Origin: a virus
Lineage: Duplodnaviria; Caudoviricetes
DNA length: 64,000 bases
Strand: one strand, 5' to 3'
IMG/VR virus record: IMGVR_UViG_2721755846_000003
Coordinates: 1-64,000 of that record
The notes beneath the pieces were generated by a model. The model was given only the letters and a program-made list of their open reading frames with translations, was not told where the DNA came from and ran no database searches. This document shows, piece after piece, positions 57,375 to 64,000 of this stretch; the first letter of the stretch is position 1; each line of letters starts with the position of its first letter. A program made the translations under genes and the position numbers.

Positions 57375-57854
57375 ATGCCATGTGTTACAAGTCTTCAGCG
57401 TCTGGCGGCGCTTCCTGTCGCGATCGGTTTGGGAGCGGCGAGCGTGCTGCTGTCCACCAGCGCCCAAGCCGCTCCTGCTACGGGGAACACCGCAGAGCAT
57501 TTGACCGCACCTGTCGCCAACCCTCTCTCAAGCAAGAATGTCGTTACGACAGTCGCAGATTCCCCTCCTCAGTCGTACTGCCTCTATCGAAGTGAGCTAA
57601 ACCAGCCTTGGACGCTGGGTCACTGTGAAGGTTATGAAGCGGGGCAGGTGGCTGGCGGCAAGGACGGTAGTCGTTGTTGGCCCAAATCAACGCCGAAATT
57701 CCCGCCATATGGTGAGGGCAATTATGGGATAGGCTACAAGGTCGGCTATAAGCTCGCCTACACCTACTACTACAACGAGGCTTGGGTGAAAGCCGGTTGC
57801 CAGCACACCGTTTTCAAGCCCTGGAGGAATCCCCAAGTAACCCGTAATCCCTGA
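57375..57854 (+). CDS. Lower-GC secreted protein (moron)
   Basis: AAGGAG RBS, signal peptide ending AQA-A, AT-rich upstream region. Confidence 0.75.
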   Translation: MPCVTSLQRLAALPVAIGLGAASVLLSTSAQAAPATGNTAEHLTAPVANPLSSKNVVTTVADSPPQSYCLYRSELNQPWTLGHCEGYEAGQVAGGKDGSRCWPKSTPKFPPYGEGNYGIGYKVGYKLAYTYYYNEAWVKAGCQHTVFKPWRNPQVTRNP

Positions 57855-58020
57855 GGTGCCACGCGCAAATGGAACCCGTAGGCGCGAAGCTCGCCGTCGA
57901 CGCGAGTTCGGACCCTGCAAGTGTTCTCCCTCAACCCGGTTGCCATGCAGTCCGGCTACCCTGATCTGCACGCCGACTGGTTGAGGGCCGGGCGAGGCGC
58001 GGGAGACGAGGACACACCCC

Positions 58021-58551
58021 GTGGCAACCAAGACTTTTTCCTTCAACACCGACCCCCACGTCGCCACCGTCAACGGCATGGACCTCCGCTTCCAAGCGGA
58101 GGTCATGGGCGATGAGTTCATGGACGCGTTCGGGGAGCTGCGCGACGCGCAGAAGGCGGCCCAGGGCATCGACCTGGAAGACCTGTCCACCCTGGACCCG
58201 GCTGCACTGCGCGGCGCGGCCCGGGGCCTGCGTGGCTTCCTGGCGCGGCTGATGCTCGCGGAGGACGCGGAGCGGTTCACGGCCCTGGACGTGGTCACCA
58301 AGGAGGGCCAGGTGCTCAGCACCCACCAGGACTGGGACGAGGCGCAGCAGGCCGCGGATCAGGTGGACGGGGCCCGGGCGAAGTGGGCGATGCCCATGCC
58401 GGACCGCATCCTGGTGGCCCTCATGGAGTGGGTGACCGAGCTGTACGGCGGTGGCGCAGACGCTCGCCCTACTGGGTCGTCTTCCGCCTCTGCGAGAGCA
58501 TTGCCGCGGGGTGGGAAGGGTGGAGCGGCGCGCTCGCGCTCGAAGGCGTAG
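58021..58551 (+). CDS. Tail assembly chaperone
   Basis: Position before the tape measure gene; W..ELY...RPT ending. Confidence 0.75.
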   Translation: MATKTFSFNTDPHVATVNGMDLRFQAEVMGDEFMDAFGELRDAQKAAQGIDLEDLSTLDPAALRGAARGLRGFLARLMLAEDAERFTALDVVTKEGQVLSTHQDWDEAQQAADQVDGARAKWAMPMPDRILVALMEWVTELYGGGADARPTGSSSASARALPRGGKGGAARSRSKA

Positions 58552-58799
58552 ACGTCCACGCGTGGCGGCTGCGCACCATGCTCGCCGCCGCCGAGGCGTC
58601 CATGGATGCAGCCGCGCAGGATGACGGGGAGCGCGCCCGCAACCGGGCCAAGTTGTACGCCCCGCCCACGAGCGCGCAGGGCCCTCGCCGTCCAGGAGCA
58701 CGGCCCGCCGGCCGGGGGATGAGCCTGGACCAGGCGCAGGCGCTCATGGCCGCCGTAGCCACCGAAGACGCCCAGGTCACCGGTGGCCGTAACGGATAG
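58467..58799 (+). CDS. Probable -1 frameshift extension of the tail assembly chaperone
   Basis: Overlapping -1 frame reads PYWVVFRL...KLYAPP from CGCCCTAC (58465-58472). Confidence 0.6.
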   Translation, partial: PYWVVFRLCESIAAGWEGWSGALALEGVDVHAWRLRTMLAAAEASMDAAAQDDGERARNRAKLYAPPTSAQGPRRPGARPAGRGMSLDQAQALMAAVATEDAQVTGGRNG

Positions 58800-58885
58800 T
58801 CTGGGACCAGGCCGGGCCGCGCGCCCTGGCCTCTCGCCGACTGGTTAAGGGCCGGGCAACCACTCACGAATCGTGGGGTTGCCCG

Positions 58886-61800
58886 GTGGCTGGCGAGGAA
58901 GACGACTACGGCTCAGCCCGTATCACCATCGACCTGGACGACACGGCGGCGGTCGCCGACGCCCAGACGCTCGGGCAGCGGATCCAGAACGCCCTGGACC
59001 GCGCGACCCGCAACATCGGGCAGCAGATCCGCCGCAACATCCAGCGCGGGCTCACTACCGCGATCTCCGTTCGGGTGGAGCCGGACGTCTCCCGGTTCGA
59101 GGCGCAGGTCCAGCGGGCACTGCGCGGCCTGGCCGCCGCCGTCGACCTGACCCCGGACGCGGCCCGCCTCCAGGCACGGCTCCAGCGCACGTTGCGCGGC
59201 CTGTCCGCCTCCGTCGACATCTCCCCGGACCTGGGCCGGTTCCAGGCCCGGTTGACGGCCGGCCTGCGCGGCCTGGGCAGCGTCTCGGTCCCGGTGGCCC
59301 CGGACGTTGCCCGCTTCCAGGCCCAGGTCCAGCGGGCGCTGCGCCGGCTGTCGGTGTCCGTGGCGCTGGAGCCGGACACGGCCCGGTTCCAGGCTCAGGT
59401 CAACCGCGCGCTGCGCGGGATGACCGCCCAGGTGCGGGTGGAGCCGGACGCGGGCCGGTTCGCTGCCCAACTCCGCCGGGACCTGCGGGCGCTCGGCGCG
59501 GTCACCGTGCAGGCCCAGGCGGACGCGGCCCGCTTCCGCGCCCAACTGGAGCGCGCGCTGCGCAGGCTGCCGCCCATCACCATCCGCGTCGACCCGGACC
59601 TGACCCGGCTCAACGCCGCGCTGCGCACCTACCACGCGCCGCCCGTACGCATCCCGATCGACGTCGACCGGGACCAGCTCACGCGCACCCTGTCCGGGCT
59701 GGCCGGGCTGGCCGGCCGGGTGGGCGGGGTGCTCGTCAAGGCCCTCAAGTTCGGGGCCGTCGCCATCGCCGCGGCGGGCGCGGCGGCCGGGGTCGCCAAG
59801 TTCGTGGCCGCGCTGGCCCCGGCGGCCGGCCTGCTCGCCGCCGTCCCGGCCGGGGTGCTCGGGTTCCAGGCAGCCCTGGGCGCCCTCAAGCTCGCGCTGT
59901 CCGGCGTCTCGGACGCCTTCAAGTCCGCACTTACGGACGACTCCAAGAAGTTCGAGAAGTCCCTGAAGGGCCTGTCACCCAAGGCGCAGGCGGCGGCGCG
60001 CGAGGTGCGCGCCCTGAAGCCTGCGTTCGAGGACCTGCGCAACAGCGTCCAGGACGCCTTTTTCACCAAGATCGAGGGGCAGATCACCTCCACGGCCAAG
60101 GCCTTGGCCGGACCCCTCAAGACCGGGCTGACCGGCATCTCCACCGCCTGGGGAGCAGCCGCGCGCGGCGCCCTCGGGTACGTGCAGGGCTCCAAGGGCG
60201 TAGCCAACGTCAAGTCCATCCTGGGCGGCGCGCAGGCGGCCACGGAGGGCCTTTCCCAGACCACCAACCGGCTCACCGCCGGCCTGCTCCAGGTGGCGGC
60301 CGTCGTCTCGGACCGGTTCGGGGCGGAACTGTCCGGGGGCATCGCCAACCTGGGCCAGCGGATCGGGGACTTCCTCCAGCGGATCGCGTCCGGCGGGCAG
60401 GCCGTGGCCTGGGTGGACGGAGCCCTCAACACCCTGGCCCGTCTCGGCGACATCGCCGGCAACGTCAAGGACATCTTCAGCGGCCTGTTCCAGGCCAGCG
60501 ACGGCGCCGGCGCGGGCGTCCTCAACAACCTCCAGACCGTCACCAAGGCCGTCTCTGACCTGGTCAACTCCGCCCAGGGGCAGACCGCCCTGGGCAACAT
60601 CTTCACCCAGGTCGGCCAGGTCGCACAGCAGCTCGGCCCGATCATCTCGGCCGTCCTGTCCAACGTCGGCAAGATCGCGCCCGCCCTGGGGCCCATCCTC
60701 ACCGGCCTGGGCCCGGTCATCGTTCAGCTGGTCAACCAGCTCGGCAGCGCCGTGCAGGGGGCGCTGCCCCAGCTCTCGGTGGTCTTCGCGGACCTCGGTG
60801 CCGCCGTCGTCTCGCTCGCCCCTGCCCTGCCGCCCCTGGCGGAGGCGGCGGCAGCACTGGCCCGTTCCGCGGCTGACCTGCTCGTTCCGCTGGCCCCCAT
60901 CGTCGCGCTGCTCGCCCAGCTGGTGGGCCCCGTCGTCAGTGTGGCCGCGCCGCTCATCGTGGCCGGTACGGCCGCGTTCGTCCTGGTGAAGGCTTTCAAG
61001 GCGGCGGTGGAGGTCATCCGCCTGATCCAAGGCGCCTGGCTGGCCCTCAACGTTGCGTTTGCCGCCTCGCCCATCGGCGCCATCATCGTGGGCGTCATCG
61101 CGCTGGTGGCCGCGATCTACCTGCTCTACCAGCGGTTCGCGATCGTGCGCACGGTGGTCGATGCCGTGGGCCGCGCCCTGCGGGACGGCTTCCTGGCCGC
61201 CGTCTCGTTCGTCAAGTCCGCCGCGTCCGCCATCGCCGACTTCTTCGTCGGCGCGTTCGAGTCGGCCAAGTCGGCTGTCTCCACCGGGATTGACGCCGTG
61301 GTCGGGTTCTTCACCGGCCTGCCCGGCAAGATCGTTTCCGGGCTGTCGGCGCTGGGCTCCACCCTGGCCCAGTTCTTCGTTAGCGCGTTCGAGACCGTCA
61401 AGGCCGGGGTGCTCGCCGGTGTCCAGGCCGTGGTCGGCTTCTTCGTCGCCCTGCCCGGGCGGATCGTGGCCGGTCTGCAAGCACTGCCCGGGCTGCTGCT
61501 GGGCGCCTTCACCAGCGCCGTCGCGTATTTGATCATCGGTCTGCTGACCGTGGTCGCCGGCATCGTGTTCCTGTTCACGGAGCTGCCGGTGCGGATCTAC
61601 AACGCGCTGGTGTCCCTGGGCCAGTTCCTGCTCACGGCCTTTGTCACCGGGTTCACCGTGGCCACGGCCACGGTGTCCGGCTGGATCGACGCCACGGCCG
61701 CGTTCTTCCAGGCGCTGCCAGGGCGGATCTACTCCGCGCTAGCGGCGCTGGGCTCCTTCCTGCTCAACGCCTTCGTGTCCGGGTTCAACTCGGTGACCTC

Positions 61801-63703
61801 CACCGTCTCGGGGTGGATCTCCTCGACGGTGTCGTTCTTCCAGGCCCTGCCAGGGCGGGTGGGCTCCGCTCTGGCGTCGCTCGGCTCCTCCCTGCTGCGG
61901 AACTTCACCAGCGCGTTCAACTCCGCGCGGTCCGGGATCACCGGGTTCATCTCCTCGGCGGCGTCGTTCTTCCGCGGCCTGCCCGGCAAGATCGCCTCTG
62001 CGCTGTCCTCCCTGCCGGGCAAGATCGCAGGTGCGTTCACCAGCGCGGCCGGTAAGGCCCGGTCGGCTGTCTCGTCGCTGATCTCCGGTGTGGTCTCGCT
62101 GTTCTCGGGGCTGCCCGGCAAGATCCTCAGCGCCATCGGCAACATCGGCGGCCAGATCATGGCCAAGGTCAAGTCCGGTATCCCGTCCAGCGTCCGCAAG
62201 TACCTGCCCTTCGCCAAGGGCGGCGTGGTCTACGGCCCGACGCACGCCCTGATCGGTGAGGCCGGGCCCGAGGTCGTCATCCCCCTGACCGACCCCCGGC
62301 GGGCCGCTCAACTCGCCCATCAGTCAGGCCTGCTCGGCATCCTGGCCAGCCAGACTCGCGGCCTGGCCGCAGCGGCGGCCGCGACGACGAGCAGCAGCGG
62401 CGCCCAAGTGGGCGGAGCCGTGTCCACGCTGCGCTCCCTGCTCGCGGGCATCGGCAGCCTGCTGGACAACGTGGGCGCCAACGTCGTGCAGGGCATGGTC
62501 GACGGCATCCGCAACAACGCCGGCCTGGTCGCCGGCGCCGCCGCCGAGATGGCCGACACCGCGGCGGTCGCGGCCCGGAACACCCTGGAGATCCACAGCC
62601 CCAGCAAGGTGTTCGCCAAGATCGGCCGGGACGTGGGCCGCGGTTTCGTGGCCGGCCTGACCGGCACCGCCTCCCAGATCAAGAGCACAACGGAGAAGCT
62701 GGTCCGTGACATCCAGAACGCTTTCTCCGGGAAGAAGACCCGGCTGGATGACCGCCTGGTGGCGATGCTCGACGCCGGGAACAAGCGCCTCACCACGCTG
62801 GCCGCCCAGCGCGATGCCCTGGCCAAGCGGATCGCGGACGCGCAGAAGTTCGCCGCGGACACCACCAGCCAGGCGTTGCAGGCGTTCTCCCTCCAGAACC
62901 TGTCCCAGGGCCTGGCGGACGGCCAGGCGCTCACGGCCAAGACCCTGACGGCCAACCTCCAGGGCGCTGTGGACCAGGTGAAGCGGTTCTCTTCCCAGCT
63001 CAACAACCTGGCCCGCCGGGGGCTGCGTAAGGACCTGCTCCAGCAGCTCGTGGGCCTGGGCCCCCAGCAGGGCGCGGAGCTCGCCACCGCCCTGGCCTCC
63101 GCCACCAAGGACCAGTTGAAGCGGCTCAACAGTGTCCAGGCGGAGCTGACCAAGGCATCCGGCACCCTCGGCAACACCTCCGCCGACGTCCTGTTCGACG
63201 CCGGGAAGCAGGCCGGTAAGGGGTTCCTCACCGGGTTGCAGGGCCAGCGCAAGAGCATCGAAAAGTTGATGCTCGACATCGCCAAGGGGATGCAGAGCGC
63301 CATCCGTACGGCGCTCAAGATCCACAGTCCCTCGCTTGTGATGCGGCGCCTCGGCGAGTACACGGGCGCCGGCCTGGAGCTCGGTCTGGTGCAGCGCATG
63401 GCCGGGATCATGCGCGCGTCCACGGCGGCGGCCCGCTCCATGGTGGACGCGGTCGCCGGACAGTTCGGCCTGCTGCCCGGGCGGGTCTCCTCCTCGCTCG
63501 GCGCGGTGGGCGACCTGGGCGCGGGCGTGGTGCCACTGACCCGGGCGCAGCGCGCCCGCCAGGCCGGGGCGTCCGGAGGCGGCCAGACCGCGGCCGGGAC
63601 CGTGATCAATAACCACTTCGAGATTCGAGAGGTGGGCGACGGGCACGTGACCGCGCAGCGCGTCGTCAACCGGCTGGTGTACGCGGCGGGAGTGAGCGGC
63701 TGA
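58886..63703 (+). CDS. Tape measure protein
   Basis: 1605 aa, Ala/Gly-rich, periodic F/W and LPG repeats, FAKGG...IGEAGPE, I.SPS motifs. Confidence 0.93.
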   Translation: MAGEEDDYGSARITIDLDDTAAVADAQTLGQRIQNALDRATRNIGQQIRRNIQRGLTTAISVRVEPDVSRFEAQVQRALRGLAAAVDLTPDAARLQARLQRTLRGLSASVDISPDLGRFQARLTAGLRGLGSVSVPVAPDVARFQAQVQRALRRLSVSVALEPDTARFQAQVNRALRGMTAQVRVEPDAGRFAAQLRRDLRALGAVTVQAQADAARFRAQLERALRRLPPITIRVDPDLTRLNAALRTYHAPPVRIPIDVDRDQLTRTLSGLAGLAGRVGGVLVKALKFGAVAIAAAGAAAGVAKFVAALAPAAGLLAAVPAGVLGFQAALGALKLALSGVSDAFKSALTDDSKKFEKSLKGLSPKAQAAAREVRALKPAFEDLRNSVQDAFFTKIEGQITSTAKALAGPLKTGLTGISTAWGAAARGALGYVQGSKGVANVKSILGGAQAATEGLSQTTNRLTAGLLQVAAVVSDRFGAELSGGIANLGQRIGDFLQRIASGGQAVAWVDGALNTLARLGDIAGNVKDIFSGLFQASDGAGAGVLNNLQTVTKAVSDLVNSAQGQTALGNIFTQVGQVAQQLGPIISAVLSNVGKIAPALGPILTGLGPVIVQLVNQLGSAVQGALPQLSVVFADLGAAVVSLAPALPPLAEAAAALARSAADLLVPLAPIVALLAQLVGPVVSVAAPLIVAGTAAFVLVKAFKAAVEVIRLIQGAWLALNVAFAASPIGAIIVGVIALVAAIYLLYQRFAIVRTVVDAVGRALRDGFLAAVSFVKSAASAIADFFVGAFESAKSAVSTGIDAVVGFFTGLPGKIVSGLSALGSTLAQFFVSAFETVKAGVLAGVQAVVGFFVALPGRIVAGLQALPGLLLGAFTSAVAYLIIGLLTVVAGIVFLFTELPVRIYNALVSLGQFLLTAFVTGFTVATATVSGWIDATAAFFQALPGRIYSALAALGSFLLNAFVSGFNSVTSTVSGWISSTVSFFQALPGRVGSALASLGSSLLRNFTSAFNSARSGITGFISSAASFFRGLPGKIASALSSLPGKIAGAFTSAAGKARSAVSSLISGVVSLFSGLPGKILSAIGNIGGQIMAKVKSGIPSSVRKYLPFAKGGVVYGPTHALIGEAGPEVVIPLTDPRRAAQLAHQSGLLGILASQTRGLAAAAAATTSSSGAQVGGAVSTLRSLLAGIGSLLDNVGANVVQGMVDGIRNNAGLVAGAAAEMADTAAVAARNTLEIHSPSKVFAKIGRDVGRGFVAGLTGTASQIKSTTEKLVRDIQNAFSGKKTRLDDRLVAMLDAGNKRLTTLAAQRDALAKRIADAQKFAADTTSQALQAFSLQNLSQGLADGQALTAKTLTANLQGAVDQVKRFSSQLNNLARRGLRKDLLQQLVGLGPQQGAELATALASATKDQLKRLNSVQAELTKASGTLGNTSADVLFDAGKQAGKGFLTGLQGQRKSIEKLMLDIAKGMQSAIRTALKIHSPSLVMRRLGEYTGAGLELGLVQRMAGIMRASTAAARSMVDAVAGQFGLLPGRVSSSLGAVGDLGAGVVPLTRAQRARQAGASGGGQTAAGTVINNHFEIREVGDGHVTAQRVVNRLVYAAGVSG

Positions 63704-64000
63704 TGGCGGCTGAGTGGTACATGGAGTACGGCGGCGTGGAGGTGGTGAACCACTCACGCCTTGACCAGTATCTGCGCACGGTGGGCTCGCCGCTGGACTC
63801 CCACGGGGCATGTGGCTGCCCGACATTCACGGCGGAGGTGCTGGACGAGCTGCCCTACACGACCCCGGACGACGCGGCCAACCCGGCGCCCTGGTACGAC
63901 CCGGACGTCCCGGAGTCCGTGGAGTTCGCCGGCGTGATGGTGCTCGACGTCGCCGGCCTGGACGACTTCCCGGTCCAGCGCACCGTCACCGGCGGGATCG
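63703..64000 (+). CDS. Minor tail / distal tail protein, 5' part only
   Basis: TGATG coupling; WYMEYGG.EV.N..R...Y, APWYDP...S.EF.G. Confidence 0.75.
   Translation, partial: MAAEWYMEYGGVEVVNHSRLDQYLRTVGSPLDSHGACGCPTFTAEVLDELPYTTPDDAANPAPWYDPDVPESVEFAGVMVLDVAGLDDFPVQRTVTGGI

Larger units (their letters stand above)
1..64000. mobile_element. Internal part of an actinobacterial temperate siphovirus / phage-plasmid (boundaries outside window)
   Basis: Syntenic terS-terL-portal-protease-capsid-tail tube-chaperone-tape measure module plus plasmid-like and DNA-modification genes; no host housekeeping genes seen. Confidence 0.93.

Noticed and set aside
59060-59680. About 25-aa V.PD..RF.A repeats in the tape measure protein
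   Set aside because: Repeats are normal for tape measure proteins
1905-63826. Many long antisense or alternate-frame ORFs (e.g. 4613-6907, 33559-36369, 51174-53843)
   Set aside because: Shadow ORFs expected at this GC content; they overlap motif-bearing genes and have no recognisable domains
1-64000. tRNA, rRNA, integrase or att sites, lysis genes
   Set aside because: None recognisable by eye in this window

Overview
Very GC-rich DNA, probably from Streptomyces or a related actinobacterium. The whole window appears to lie inside one large temperate siphovirus or phage-plasmid; no integrase, att site, rep gene or element boundary is visible. Left to right: (1) 1-7.7 kb, a GIY-YIG gene and an HTH regulator, divergent from a plasmid-like operon of membrane/DNA-binding proteins and a NERD nuclease. 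(2) 7.7-15.6 kb, a tandem-HTH repressor divergent from an array of 11 small genes (including a PP2C phosphatase and a DUF3560-like protein). The array is punctuated by five copies of a palindromic promoter/operator and six copies of a conserved-loop hairpin, and several products end in -AA. (3) 16.5-24.3 kb, a DNA-modification block: three ParB-like paralogs, a GP88-like protein, a DpdA-like transglycosylase, an atypical second T-fold protein, QueD, QueE and FolE, with no QueC in the window. (4) Packaging and head genes (TerS, TerL, portal, MuF-2H-phosphoesterase-protease fusion, capsid), with antisense accessory genes including a PIN-domain protein. (5) An 11.5-kb block of Cys-rich, repeat-built putative surface proteins between head and tail genes. 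(6) Tail genes through the tape measure protein. Four free-standing HNH genes share a structured leader, late genes share another leader motif, and two apparent frameshifts are present. All product calls come from motif recognition by eye, without database searches.
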